NCBI GenBank assembly: GCA_021779915.1
Contig: JAJXZR010000015.1
Location: 4,521-68,520 of the forward strand
From: a bacterium
GTDB lineage: Bacteria > Patescibacteriota > Minisyncoccia > CAIUEV01
DNA length: 64,000 nt
Direction: 5' to 3'
The position numbers and the translations under genes were made by a program. Positions 52,207 through 62,655 of this stretch are shown here, one piece after another. The notes under the pieces are model-generated. The model was not told where the DNA came from. It saw only the letters and a list, made by a program, of their open reading frames with translations, and did not search any database. Within the stretch, counting starts at the first letter, position 1. Every line of letters starts with the position of its first letter.

Positions 52207-53442
52207 TTAATCTACAAAAGTCACGGCTTGACCCTTGTTGTTAGCTCGACCGGTTCGTCCGATTCTGTGGATATAGTCGTCATAGGTATCCGGAAGATCA
52301 AAATTGATGACATGCGTCACGTCAGCAATATCGAGACCTCTAGCTGCTACATCAGTAGCTACTAAGATGTCCACTCGATCCATTTTGAAAAGATTAAGTG
52401 CTTGTTGTCTTTTATGCTGATTCTTGTCTCCGTGAATGGACTGAACTCGAAACCCTTTAGTATAAAGAGTTTGGGAAAGTTTTTCCACTCCAATTTTGGT
52501 CTTTCCAAAAATCAATACTTTCTTGTATTCTTCCTTAATAAGAAGGTTATGCAACATTTCGATTTTTTCTGTATAGCCATTTACCTTGACTACTTCTTGT
52601 TTCACATTAGCCGCTGTTTCTCCCGTCTTGACTGAAACAGTCACTGGATTTCGTAGAAATTCCTTAATTACACTTTCCACTTTCCCTTCAATTGTTGCCG
52701 AAAAGAAAAGTGACTGCCTTTCCTTAGGAAGAAAGCTGAGAAGATGTTTGATATCTTTGAAAAATCCGATATCGAACATTCTGTCCACTTCGTCCAGCAC
52801 AACATTCTGAAAACCTGAAAGATCCAGAATTCTTCTTTCGATCAAATCTTTGAGCCTTCCCGGTGTTCCAATAACAAAATTGTGGTTCCGTTTTAGGTTC
52901 CAGATTTGCCTTCCGATATTAGCTCCGCCAAAACAAGCCACCGACCAAATTCCCAGCCCATAGGCAAAACCTTTGAATTCATCCTCAATTTGAAGGGCTA
53001 ATTCTCTGGTCGGAGTAATAATAATCACTTTTTGCGTTTTATCCTTCAACACTTTGTTAATAAGAGGAATAAGGAAAGCAGCTGTTTTGCCAGTTCCCGT
53101 ATTAGCGACTCCCACTAAATCTTTCCCTTCCAATATCTTCGGAATTGATTGGTCTTGAATCGGAGTCGGATCAATATACCCCTTTTTTGCAATGTTGTTG
53201 TGTAACTTTGCATCTACTCTAAAATCCGCAAATTTATTTCTGGTAACATAAGGTTTTTCTTCTACTTGCTTTTGTGAAGCTCGATTGATAAACTGCGAGA
53301 TATCAATCTTGGCTCGCTGAGGCTTTCTTCGTCCATAAAAACGTGCCCCACCAAAAGTGGCTCTGGGTGCGCCAAAATTTCTTCGGCTTCCGAAACCGCC
53401 TCTGTTAGATCCATAAGATCTGCCTGTTGATTTTCCATACAT
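52207..53442 (-). CDS. DEAD-box ATP-dependent RNA helicase with C-terminal RG-rich tail
   Basis: Q-motif region, GTGKTAAF, PTRELALQ, DEVD, SAT, HRIGRTGR. Confidence 0.9.
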   Translation of the reverse strand: MYGKSTGRSYGSNRGGFGSRRNFGAPRATFGGARFYGRRKPQRAKIDISQFINRASQKQVEEKPYVTRNKFADFRVDAKLHNNIAKKGYIDPTPIQDQSIPKILEGKDLVGVANTGTGKTAAFLIPLINKVLKDKTQKVIIITPTRELALQIEDEFKGFAYGLGIWSVACFGGANIGRQIWNLKRNHNFVIGTPGRLKDLIERRILDLSGFQNVVLDEVDRMFDIGFFKDIKHLLSFLPKERQSLFFSATIEGKVESVIKEFLRNPVTVSVKTGETAANVKQEVVKVNGYTEKIEMLHNLLIKEEYKKVLIFGKTKIGVEKLSQTLYTKGFRVQSIHGDKNQHKRQQALNLFKMDRVDILVATDVAARGLDIADVTHVINFDLPDTYDDYIHRIGRTGRANNKGQAVTFVD

Positions 53443-53807
53443 ACTTGGTAATTTAAAATTAAATTTAAATTGCCCAAATTAATACGCGAAATAATTTCTC
53501 AAAAAATAACTAGATTCCACTAAGGTTTTATGAGAATACAGTATAAAACCAGTCTAGGGAAAATATTTTTGAGATATTTTAGAAAAAAATTAGAAATTCC
53601 TAAATCAGTTTATATACTTTTCTTTTCGTATCAAAAAGAAACAATTTTTACTCGCGTACAGTAACACGCTTTTAAAAAAAATCAAGTTATTTAACATCTC
53701 CCCAGCATTTCTACATTGACATTCTGGCAAAATTGTTCTAAATCTAGAAGAGAATTGATCAATTTTCAATTAAGTTCCTTGAAAAATCTTTTATAGGAGT
53801 GTTTCGT

Positions 53808-54014
53808 ATGGGTAAAGATTTGGCAAAAAAATGGCAAAGGTTTACTAAACAAAAAGATCATTACTTGGATGACAAAACCAGGGAAATTTTGGCGGATACC
53901 CTGGAGGGTTTTGTTTTGCATATGAAAGATTGGTTCAGTCAGAACTACCACTACAACTGGACAGAATTTTTCAAATTGCCCAAAGAGAAACGACTAAGCC
54001 TTTTTTCCGCATGA
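53808..54014 (+). CDS. Hypothetical small protein
   Basis: ORF with RBS taggagtg. Start taken as MGKDLAKKW. Confidence 0.3.
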   Translation: MGKDLAKKWQRFTKQKDHYLDDKTREILADTLEGFVLHMKDWFSQNYHYNWTEFFKLPKEKRLSLFSA

Positions 54015-54130
54015 AAAATGCTGAAAAAGAAGCATATCAATACCGCTGTTTTAACAAAGTATACCAACAAACAGAAGATTAGTCTCAAAAATTCAAAAAG
54101 CCTGCAATTATTAATCGCAGGCTTTTATTT

Positions 54131-54625
54131 TTATCGGAGTTCGCTCTTTGTTAGCTTCAGGAGTTTCTTGAAATTCAAACAATCAATGTACTCTGTTAAA
54201 GTTTTTAGTTTCTCTTCAGGAACATCGGCAAGTCTGGCAAGCGCCAGCACATCATAAACATCTTCTTCTGCCAATAGTTTACTAAAGAAACCATTTTTAA
54301 TTTGCAATACCACTCTAACTACAACCTTTTCCATTGCTCGTTTATCATTTTTCCCCTTAATAAGCAATCTTAGGAGCCCTATCTTGGTAAAAAACCATTC
54401 GTACAAAAACTGTCCCATTAAACAGAAGGGGCTCACTATCAAAATTTTTGTCCACCAAGAACCTTCAAATTTTAGGGGTTTCATCCACCAGTCTGTTTCT
54501 GCCGACAAACTAGACGCCAAATACAGAGTTAACAACCAAAATACAAGAGCAATGCAAGCCACGCAGAGTATTCTCAAATACAACACGATACCTTCTTGTA
54601 TAGACTTTCGATAACATTCTTTCAT
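54131..54625 (-). CDS. Hypothetical membrane protein
   Basis: 164 aa with 2-3 TM segments. Confidence 0.4.
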   Translation of the reverse strand: MKECYRKSIQEGIVLYLRILCVACIALVFWLLTLYLASSLSAETDWWMKPLKFEGSWWTKILIVSPFCLMGQFLYEWFFTKIGLLRLLIKGKNDKRAMEKVVVRVVLQIKNGFFSKLLAEEDVYDVLALARLADVPEEKLKTLTEYIDCLNFKKLLKLTKSELR

Positions 54626-54714
54626 CTTTATCTCCTGTTTTCCCAGATTTAAAAAGTACTAAAAAGCACTTCTGCTTTCTTTTGGACTGTTTTTACAGGA
54701 TAAGTTGGGTGCTG

Positions 54715-55344
54715 TCAAGACTCTCTGCTTTCCAGCATGTCTTCCTGTCCTTCAAGAACAGCCTCAAGATATGGTGCAATCACTTTAGGATCCCAGTCGG
54801 CCAGTGGCTTCAACTCCCATTCGCAGTTTTCATGCCCCATTCCCATACATTTCGGTTCTACGCACAAAATAGTATTCCCCCAAAAGGCAGTGCACCACCC
54901 CGCCGCATAACCCATCAAAGACCAACAGACTGGAAGGTTTCCTTTCTCATAATAAAGAAGATGTTGCTGGGCTTCGTAAGAATTTTTCCAGACACCGCTA
55001 AAATAAAATTGTTTGCTCAGATGGTCGATCTTGATTTCTTTCGGCGTTGCCTGAACGATTCCTTCCCAAGTATGGATAGTCGGACCAGACGCGAGGAGAT
55101 CATTCAAAGTATCAAATTTATAGTTGGCTCTTATTTCTAAAAAATCAGTGTATCCATTTTGATACCCGAATTTATAAAGCAACTTGCGGGCATTATCCAC
55201 CCCCACCTGTTTGATAATATTGTGCCGAAGAAGACCCATTGCTTTGGAACTGAGAATGATCAGCCGGCTATTGCCAAAAGAAGTAATTCCGTTGGCAAAA
55301 TCAAACTTGAGATTTTCCGGAAGATTAAAATCAGTGGCTTTCAT
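54715..55344 (-). CDS. Hypothetical Cys-containing protein (V4R-domain-like, weak)
   Basis: C-terminal CVEPKCMGMGHENCEWE cysteine cluster resembling metal-binding V4R-type domains. Confidence 0.3.
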   Translation of the reverse strand: MKATDFNLPENLKFDFANGITSFGNSRLIILSSKAMGLLRHNIIKQVGVDNARKLLYKFGYQNGYTDFLEIRANYKFDTLNDLLASGPTIHTWEGIVQATPKEIKIDHLSKQFYFSGVWKNSYEAQQHLLYYEKGNLPVCWSLMGYAAGWCTAFWGNTILCVEPKCMGMGHENCEWELKPLADWDPKVIAPYLEAVLEGQEDMLESRES

Positions 55345-55369
55345 GAGTTTTATTTTAAAAAAATTAAAA

Positions 55370-55585
55370 TTATTTCAACAGGGAAGAATAAGCGTTGGTA
55401 TAAGTGTCAAAAAGATTGATCAGCGCTGGCACTGCTAGAGCAATTCCGATAAGAGGCAAAACGAAAATAGCAACAGAAAAAATCGTTCTCCAATAAAAAT
55501 ACTTTCGGATTTTTTCCACCGAAAGATGGATCTCATCCAGCTTTTTCTCCTGAGCTTCCATCCTTTTTAAAATTTCTTCATCCAT
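55370..55585 (-). CDS. Small membrane protein
   Basis: 71 aa with one TM. The stop is 26 nt upstream of the 54715..55344 gene start (same strand), consistent with an operon. Confidence 0.3.
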   Translation of the reverse strand: MDEEILKRMEAQEKKLDEIHLSVEKIRKYFYWRTIFSVAIFVLPLIGIALAVPALINLFDTYTNAYSSLLK

Positions 55586-55655
55586 TTTTTTGTTTTTAAA
55601 TTTACTTTTCTAATTTTAACATAAAAATAAATTTCCCCCACTTATAACTAATGGG

Positions 55656-55780
55656 ATCTATTTTAACAAGTTTGAAGATTTTTTGTTAATTTATTGTGAG
55701 GACCTGTCTGAGCGAAGCGAGTTGGGCAACAAGAAATTAACAAAAAATCTTCAAACTTGTTAAAATAGATTCTTAATGAA
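55656..55780. repeat. Perfect 37-bp-arm palindrome enclosing the conserved core GTGAGGACCTGTCTGAGCGAAGCGAGTT
   Basis: Arms atctattttaacaagtttgaagattttttgttaattt and its reverse complement. The same core occurs at 11039-11156 with different arms. Confidence 0.6.
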
Positions 55781-55811
55781 ACTGATGTATTTTAATCAAA
55801 GACACAAAATT

Positions 55812-55845
55812 AAAAACGCCCGCCTGAGGCGGACGTTTTTAATTT
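55812..55845. terminator. Rho-independent terminator downstream of cspA
   Basis: acgcccgcctgaggcggacg hairpin followed by tttttaatttttt. Confidence 0.55.
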
Positions 55846-55864
55846 TTTGCAATAGGTAATTCGC

Positions 55865-56065
55865 TTAGATGCGAGAGACTTTGATTGCATTTGGTCCTTT
55901 CGGGCTTTCGCTTACCTCAAATTCGACTCTGTCGCCTTCTTTGAGATCATCGATTTCAACTCCCACGAGTTCTTTGGCATGGAAAAAGAGATCTTTTTCT
56001 CTGCCCTCAGCGGTAATGAAACCAAAACCACGATCGGTGATTTTTTTGATTGTACCTTGTTCCAT
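55865..56065 (-). CDS. cspA: Cold-shock protein (CspA family)
   Basis: MEQGTIKKITDRGFGFITAEG...FFHAKEL (RNP1-like GFGFI, RNP2-like FFH). The start is taken at the internal Met. Confidence 0.85.
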   Translation of the reverse strand: MEQGTIKKITDRGFGFITAEGREKDLFFHAKELVGVEIDDLKEGDRVEFEVSESPKGPNAIKVSRI

Positions 56066-56571
56066 TGTGATCTGAAAATTAGTTAAATACACACGCCTTT
56101 ATGCAAAAAGTTCGACTAAGCTACTATTGCATATTCGTTGTGGTAGGTTATTTATATCACTTGTATATCAAATGTCAACCTTTTTCGAGAGAAAACTACG
56201 CTTTTTGCTCCAATTCTTCCTTCATCTTTTTAAATTCTTCCTTTGTTATTTCTCCCTTGGCATACCTGACTTTAACGATGTCCAGAGGATTTTCACTCTT
56301 TTCGTTTTCTCTGCTTTTACCACAACAACCATACCCCTTGCCATCAAGGAACATGATCACGAGCCAAGCTAAAACTCCAAAAATTATCAACACAAAAATC
56401 CAACCTAAGCCGAAAAATCCCATACCCATGTGATGAAATCCAAACATAGTTTTAATTTATTGATTAGTGTCTTTAATACGTAAAATATTCGTTTTGTTTC
56501 AAATTTTAAAATATGCTGATATCATAATTTCAATAGATTTTCTCTTAACCCATAAAAAATACAAAAACACA

Positions 56572-56967
56572 ATGAGTAAAAATGACCATCGGGGTTTTAC
56601 CCTTATAGAGCTTCTAGTGGTAGTAGCGATAATTGGAGTTTTGGCCAGTATTGTTATGGTCAGCCTCAATAGCGCCAGAAATAAAGGCAAAAATGCATCC
56701 ATCAAATCTCAAATGGCGGAACTTCGAGCCGCTGCAGAACTCTATAACGACGATATGGCCAGTTATACCGGATGGTGTTCTGATTCGCAAAACACCAGAA
56801 TTTCAGGAGGAGCCGTCAGTGCCGGAGGAACGGCATATGCTTGCAACGATTCCGCCTCAGCCTGGGCCGCCGGAATCACTATGGTGGATGGGACTTTTTG
56901 GTGTGTCGATTCAAACGGAACCTCAAAAGCCGCCCACAAAGTAGCCGGAGCAACCAGTTGCCCATAA
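56572..56967 (+). CDS. Type IV pilin / pseudopilin (class III prepilin signal)
   Basis: MSKNDHRG|FTLIELLVVVAIIGVLASIV (prepilin peptidase site G|FTLIE). Confidence 0.8.
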   Translation: MSKNDHRGFTLIELLVVVAIIGVLASIVMVSLNSARNKGKNASIKSQMAELRAAAELYNDDMASYTGWCSDSQNTRISGGAVSAGGTAYACNDSASAWAAGITMVDGTFWCVDSNGTSKAAHKVAGATSCP

Positions 56968-57158
56968 AAGGTCTTTTTAATTCTCCTCTTACTAATACCA
57001 ACTAGCTTGTGTACCAATAAACAAGAGATGGTTTTGGTAATTAAAAATTATAAGTTATAAATTCAAAAGAACAGTTCAAAATTCAAAGTTATTAAATTTT
57101 GAACTTATAATTTTTCTTTTGAATTTATAACTTATAATTTTTAATTACCCCTTTCTTC

Positions 57159-59333
57159 GTGCTCACTCTCCTAAAAACCTACTTCGGTTTTGATAATTTT
57201 CGTCCACTCCAGGAAGAAATCATTGATAACATTCTAAAACAAAAAGATACATTAGTGCTTATGCCTACTGGGGGAGGGAAGTCGCTTTGTTATCAACTAC
57301 CGGCTCTTAAATTAAATGGCTTGACCTTGGTTATTTCTCCTCTCATTTCTTTGATGAAGGATCAAGTTGACAGTCTTAAGACCAACGGCATAAGTGCCGA
57401 ATTTATAAACAGTTCTCTCGCTCTTCCTGAAATAAGAGATATCGAGAAAAAATCTCTTGAAGGAAAAATTAAAATACTCTACCTGGCACCCGAGCGCCTG
57501 GCTTCGAGCGGTTTTCAAACATTTCTTAAAAAACTGAATGTTGGTCTTATTGCAATTGACGAGGCTCACTGCATCAGTGAATGGGGTCACGACTTCCGTC
57601 CGGACTATCGCAACTTGAAGGCCATTCGCCAAAGCTTTCCTGCAATCCCCGTTGTAGCCTTAACAGCAACAGCCACCCCCAAAGTCAGAGAAGATATCAT
57701 CAATCAGCTCGAACTCCAAAAAGCTAAGGTTTTTATTTCTAGTTTCAATAGACCTAACCTCAACTATTTCGTTCGACCCAAAAGAAGAACTTTCGAAAAT
57801 TTGGTTTCAATTTTGCAAAAATATAAAGACCAACCAGTCATCATTTATTGTTTTTCCCGCAAAGAAACGGAAAATATTGCCAGCGACCTTCGAGAAATCG
57901 GATTTGACGCGAGAGCCTATCATGCCGGCCTTCCAAGCGAAAAACGCCAAAAAGTTCAGGAGAAATTCATCCGCGATAAAATCCAAATCATCGTCGCCAC
58001 TATCGCTTTTGGGATGGGGATTGACAAACCGGATGTACGCTTGGTTGTACATTACAGCCTACCTAAAACCATCGAGGGCTACTATCAAGAAACCGGACGC
58101 GCCGGCAGAGACGGACTTTCAAGCGACTGCATCCTTTTCTATTCCTATGGCGACACCGTCAAACATAATTTTTTTATCAATCAAATCCGAGACCACACCG
58201 AAAAATCCAATATCCAAAAAAAACTTCAGCAGATGGTTGATTATTGCGAACAAAAGACCTGCCGAAGAAATTATTTGCTTTCCTATTTCGGGGAAGGAAG
58301 CTTACTGGAAGAAAAATCCAACTGCCAAGGGTGTGACGTCTGTCTCACTCCTCGAGAAGATTTCGACGCCACCGAAATAGCCCAAAAAATTCTTTCCGCC
58401 ATCCTCAAAACTGATGAACGCTTTGGCCTAACCCACATCATCAACGTCCTCAAGGGTTCCCATAACAAGAGAGTGTTGGAGTGGGGTCATGATAAATTGT
58501 CAGTTTATGGAATTTCAAACAAAGTTTCGAGTGATGAATTGAAATATGTTATCGATCTTTTAGTAGGGGAGGGACTGCTTGGAAGAAGCGCTGATTCCTA
58601 CAAGACGCTCTACGTAGCCTCCAAAGGAAGAATATTTCTCAAACAAAAAGAAAAACTGACTCTCAAAAAGCCTCATTTTGAAGATGAAATCACGACAGAA
58701 GTCAAAAAGAAGGGGGCTCTCGATTATGATGAAGTTTTGTTTGCAAAGCTGCGATCGCTTCGCCGAGAACTGGCCGACGACCTTCGTGTCCCGCCGTTTA
58801 TGGTCTTTGGTGACACCGCTCTCCAGCAAATGTCCTTTTATTTCCCTCAAAGCACAGATTCTTTCCGCAGAATAAGCGGGGTAGGGGAAGGCAAATTGGA
58901 ACGTTTTGGAAAGGTATTTATCGATTTAATTTCAAGTTATGCTAAAGAAAACAATCTAGAAGAAAAAATTATTGCTGCGCCAAGAACTTTTGAAAAGAAA
59001 ATTAAACCTGCCAATGGAAGATCCCTAAAAAGGAGAGGTTCTACTTATTCAATTACTAGGGAATTATTACTTCAGAAAAAAACAATCGAAGAAATAGCTA
59101 ATTTGCGCCAAATTGCTCCTGGAACAGTCATCAACCACATAGAAAAATTCTTCAATAGTGGCGAAACACTCAATCTTTCCCACATCGCGCTCCCTCCCGA
59201 TAGATTGGAAAAAATTCAAGAAGCCTTCCAAAAAACCAATCAATGGAACCTCTGGCCGGTCAAAAACCTTCTGGGAGAAGAATTTTCCTACGACGAAATC
59301 CGCCTGGCCAGGATTTTTCTGACTCAAAAATGA
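57159..59333 (+). CDS. recQ: ATP-dependent DNA helicase RecQ
   Basis: LVLMPTGGGKSLCYQLPA, DEAHCISEWGHDFRPDY, a Zn-binding RecQ-Ct (CRRNYLLSYFGE...CQGCDVC) and a C-terminal HRDC-like domain. Confidence 0.9.
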   Translation: MLTLLKTYFGFDNFRPLQEEIIDNILKQKDTLVLMPTGGGKSLCYQLPALKLNGLTLVISPLISLMKDQVDSLKTNGISAEFINSSLALPEIRDIEKKSLEGKIKILYLAPERLASSGFQTFLKKLNVGLIAIDEAHCISEWGHDFRPDYRNLKAIRQSFPAIPVVALTATATPKVREDIINQLELQKAKVFISSFNRPNLNYFVRPKRRTFENLVSILQKYKDQPVIIYCFSRKETENIASDLREIGFDARAYHAGLPSEKRQKVQEKFIRDKIQIIVATIAFGMGIDKPDVRLVVHYSLPKTIEGYYQETGRAGRDGLSSDCILFYSYGDTVKHNFFINQIRDHTEKSNIQKKLQQMVDYCEQKTCRRNYLLSYFGEGSLLEEKSNCQGCDVCLTPREDFDATEIAQKILSAILKTDERFGLTHIINVLKGSHNKRVLEWGHDKLSVYGISNKVSSDELKYVIDLLVGEGLLGRSADSYKTLYVASKGRIFLKQKEKLTLKKPHFEDEITTEVKKKGALDYDEVLFAKLRSLRRELADDLRVPPFMVFGDTALQQMSFYFPQSTDSFRRISGVGEGKLERFGKVFIDLISSYAKENNLEEKIIAAPRTFEKKIKPANGRSLKRRGSTYSITRELLLQKKTIEEIANLRQIAPGTVINHIEKFFNSGETLNLSHIALPPDRLEKIQEAFQKTNQWNLWPVKNLLGEEFSYDEIRLARIFLTQK

Positions 59334-59488
59334 TATTGTGCGACAACTACATTGCTCATTTCGTAACTTTCTAAAATTTCAAAACTTTCCCACTTTCTAA
59401 ACTCTGTTTATTGACGCCCAACTTATTTGCTATTATAAAATAGTAACTATTTTCTTTTTAAGAACCTTTAAAAATCAGGAGGTGAAAA

Positions 59489-59806
59489 TTGGCGAAACAA
59501 AAAATCTATTGGTTTGTTCAACCACTTGATGTTTGGACAAATCGAGTAATTGCAGATGAAATGGCTCTGGCTTCCTCCATTGTAATCGAACAACACGGGA
59601 TACTCCTGGAAAACAATGGGATTTTATTTAAGGAAAATGCCTGGGAAGTGGAGCATTTGCTTATTACCAAGCTTTATCACAACAAAAGCGCCCTGAACTT
59701 AAATTTTAGGGTTTACAACCGACAAGGAAGAAATGGACCAGCTAGGTTGTGGAAGTTTGAAGATCCTGTTTACAAAAAACCTAGACGCCCCAAGAAGAAA
59801 AAATAA
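59489..59806 (+). CDS. Hypothetical small protein with basic C-terminal tail
   Basis: RBS aggaggtg. Ends KKPRRPKKKK. Confidence 0.35.
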   Translation: MAKQKIYWFVQPLDVWTNRVIADEMALASSIVIEQHGILLENNGILFKENAWEVEHLLITKLYHNKSALNLNFRVYNRQGRNGPARLWKFEDPVYKKPRRPKKKK

Positions 59807-59856
59807 CCCAGTAAAGGTCGGAAAATTCCGGCCTTTTTTTATTTCAAATTTCGTTA

Positions 59857-60204
59857 CTAAAAATATTCCTTGCAGCACTCTGGATCTTTTTCCAAGCAAT
59901 CGCAATCATTCAAATAGAGTTCATAAATTCCATTTTCCAAGTTCGCCACTTTTTTCCCGCCACTAACCAACATCGAAGCCACATACCCACTCCGGCTCCC
60001 GCTCCGACAAACCAAAACCACTTTCTTGCTCCAATCAATTTCATCTATCCGAGACCCAATCTGACTTAGAGGAATCAGTTTGGAATTTTTTATTTTAATA
60101 AGGTCATACTCTGCTTTCTCCCTCACATCCACAATTTCCAGATTATCTTTTTCGTCTTCAATCATCTTCTTAAATTCCTTCCCAGAAATGTTTTTAATAT
60201 CCAT
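59857..60204 (-). CDS. Rhodanese-domain sulfurtransferase
   Basis: Active-site loop VLVCRSGSRSG. Confidence 0.75.
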   Translation of the reverse strand: MDIKNISGKEFKKMIEDEKDNLEIVDVREKAEYDLIKIKNSKLIPLSQIGSRIDEIDWSKKVVLVCRSGSRSGYVASMLVSGGKKVANLENGIYELYLNDCDCLEKDPECCKEYF

Positions 60205-60251
60205 TCTTGATTCTTAAAATTAATTTTCTAACCGTTATAAATATACCCGTT

Positions 60252-60731
60252 TCATAATCCAAACCCAATTTTATAAATAGTAATCTGAATAAACGTAGCC
60301 AATCCTGCAATAGCTAGGAAAAGAATAGGGAACCAAGCAAACAGAGTAGCAAAATAGAAAAAGCTCACAAAAAAAGCCATCCAAACCCCTGTACACCAAG
60401 GGCAATTCAACAAATGAAAAATCGTCTTCTTCGGACCTCTATGATGATTAGCAAAATATTCCCGAATAAAATCAGTTACAACGTCATAAACAAACAATCG
60501 AATCAATCGAAAAGTGGCAAGAGAAAGCAATACAAAATCAAAAGGACTGATTTTGTGAGGCAATTCACCTTTTGATTGGAGATAAGATAAGGCAAGCACA
60601 ACCAAGAAAACGAAGAAAGCCGAAAAAACAAAATGCCAAAAAGGCTGATCGCTCTTCTTTTTTTCTATTGTTTCCATAAATTCTTTTGAATAATTTATCC
60701 TCTTTATCCCGATTCTATCACAAAATTTCAA
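60252..60731 (-). CDS. Membrane protein with CPWC motif (DUF1360-like)
   Basis: HLLNCPWCTGVWMAFFV, four TMs. Confidence 0.45.
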   Translation of the reverse strand: MKFCDRIGIKRINYSKEFMETIEKKKSDQPFWHFVFSAFFVFLVVLALSYLQSKGELPHKISPFDFVLLSLATFRLIRLFVYDVVTDFIREYFANHHRGPKKTIFHLLNCPWCTGVWMAFFVSFFYFATLFAWFPILFLAIAGLATFIQITIYKIGFGL

Positions 60732-60869
60732 ATATTCTCAGAAAAAGACAAAAGCAAGCTATAAAGTTGAATAGTTCCTTAAATTTCTTTACATTTATCA
60801 TTTTTTAATTTATTTTAACTTTGTGCTCAAAACAAGAGCTATTTTATTTTATTGTTTAAAATCTACCAT

Positions 60870-60944
60870 TCCAGCGTAGCTCAGTGGTAGAGCAGGTGGC
60901 TGTTAACCACTTGGTCGTAGGTTCGAATCCTGCCGCTGGAGCCA
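60870..60944 (+). tRNA. tRNA-Asn (anticodon GTT)
   Basis: Acceptor stem TCCAGCG/CGCTGGA, D-arm GCTCAGTGGTAGAGC, anticodon loop CTGTTAA, T-arm GGTTCGAATCC, discriminator G and encoded CCA. Confidence 0.85.
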
Positions 60945-61204
60945 ATTGCCAGTTTTCTGATAATCTGCTATCCCTTGAAAGGGATTTCTCAGCTCATAGA
61001 CTAGATTTTTCCCTTTGAGTTCTAAGTTCTGAAGTATGAACTTCAGTAATTGATTTTTTTCTTCAGGTTCTGAACTTTTGAATAATTCCCAAGCTCTGTT
61101 AGATAGGTCTAACACTCTACTGGCCGTTATATAGAAGTTTGTATCAGCTTTATTGTGGTCTTCGTATTGGATTATCAAATCTTGCTTCTCTGAATCATAT
61201 TCTT

Positions 61205-61429
61205 TTACTTTTTTGTCATACTCTTCCGCAGTAATTCACCTCCAGTAAAATGAACTCGACTGACACCAAGGTCATCTGAAAGAATTTTCATTGCTCCTAT
61301 TAACTGCTTGCCGTCAATATCTTTCGCTTCAGCATCACCTTCTTGATGACAAAATTTACATCTATATTGACAAGCACTATTCAACTTTACTCTTATAGTT
61401 CTAGGAAGAGTAAACTTTATTTTGATCAT
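61205..61429 (-). pseudogene. Radical SAM enzyme N-terminal fragment (about 74 codons only)
   Basis: CQYRCKFCH (Cx3Cx2C) and VHFTGGE, then the reading frame terminates; the rest of the fold is missing. Confidence 0.4.
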
Positions 61430-61433
61430 GATT

Positions 61434-61964
61434 TTAGCTTAATTTGTTCATTAATAAATCTGGATAGCCTAGGCCAGCGACAATATTTTCTTTATTTAAT
61501 CCTAGATTTTTGATAAGCTCATCAAAGAAGAGGCTAATGTCTTCAGCTGATCCTCCAATGTATTCTAACTCAATAAATGCCCCTAGGTTTTCAACTTTAT
61601 CAAGAGTAATTTCAAAAAGATTATTTTTAAAAACCCTTCTATCCTTTTTTACTATACAATCTAAAGTAAAATCTAGTTTGTTTAGGATCTCAACAAAATT
61701 GGTATATCCGCTAATTTTAACTTCTACTTCTTTGGTTTGTAAATCATCTATCACCTCATGATAAGCAAAATTACAATTGTCATCGCTTTGTTTTCTTAAA
61801 CGAAGGTAGTACTTTTTTGTGCCAGCAAATTTTTTATGAGCAGGAGAAAAATAAAGATCTTCTTGATTTATTTCCTTTTCAAAAACGAAATCGATACTCA
61901 GAATCTTACTTTCTAGCTCAGAAACATCTTCCACTTTAAACTTCATTTCACTTTCAATATTCAT
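61434..61964 (-). CDS. CYTH-domain protein (CyaB/thiamine-triphosphatase-like)
   Basis: N-terminal ESEMKFKV (ExExK signature) plus acidic clusters along the beta-barrel. Confidence 0.55.
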   Translation of the reverse strand: MNIESEMKFKVEDVSELESKILSIDFVFEKEINQEDLYFSPAHKKFAGTKKYYLRLRKQSDDNCNFAYHEVIDDLQTKEVEVKISGYTNFVEILNKLDFTLDCIVKKDRRVFKNNLFEITLDKVENLGAFIELEYIGGSAEDISLFFDELIKNLGLNKENIVAGLGYPDLLMNKLS

Positions 61965-62655
61965 GTTTTTTTATTAGCAATTATATAATAGTAAGTCCCT
62001 TTGAAGGTATCGAATTCTTCCCCAAAAACTTTTTTTAGTGATCCATCATGAAACAATTCGAGACTATCTTTCAAAGAATAAAAATTATGCTCTCCCTCAT
62101 TGAAACAAGCTTTATGTAAAAAGTGCCACAAAGAACTAATCATACTTTTATTATTAGAAAAATCCATCAGAAGAATACTGCCATTATTTTTTATTATTCG
62201 CATCATCTCCTTAATAAAAAGCTTTCTTTTAATTCTAACCGAATCCATACTTTCATCATCAATGTGATGCAAAACCCCCTTACTCAAAACTAAGTCGAAA
62301 AGTTCTTCTTTGTAAGGTAGGTTTAGAGCATCAGAACAGGTTGTTTTTATATCTGGATAATTTTTGTTTATAAATAAAATTTTTTCTGGATTAACTTCGC
62401 AAATGTGATATTCTATTTGTTTTTTTGTTCTTTAGGAATGAATTTGTAAATCGGTAATGTTCCACTTCCTATTTCTAAAATTTTTATAGGCTTTTTTTGC
62501 TTTAGATAATCAATTATTATCGGTATTCTGTTGTCAGTATTATTAACGGTTCTTTTATAAAGTTTTTCTATAAACAAGAAAAACTTGTATTTTATCGGTG
62601 AAAAATAACTTCTATATTCCGACTCTTTTTTTGATTCGTAGATACTTTTTGGCAT
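61961..62655 (-). pseudogene. Class I SAM-dependent methyltransferase split into two ORFs (frameshift or internal stop)
   Basis: Upstream ORF carries motif I KILEIGSGT (62413..62655). Downstream ORF carries the post-I to C-terminal region (61961..62287). Confidence 0.35.

Noticed and set aside
60903-61178. 91-aa minus-strand ORF ending ...WLQRQDSNLRPSG
   Set aside because: Its C-terminus is the reverse-complement translation of tRNA-Asn, so it overlaps the tRNA gene. It is likely non-coding or at most the tail of a frameshifted fragment.
60945-61200. Integrase/prophage immediately downstream of tRNA-Asn
   Set aside because: No tyrosine-recombinase motifs (R..H..R..Y) or phage structural genes are found in 60.9-64 kb. 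Only gene fragments occur, so this is reported as a decayed island rather than a prophage.
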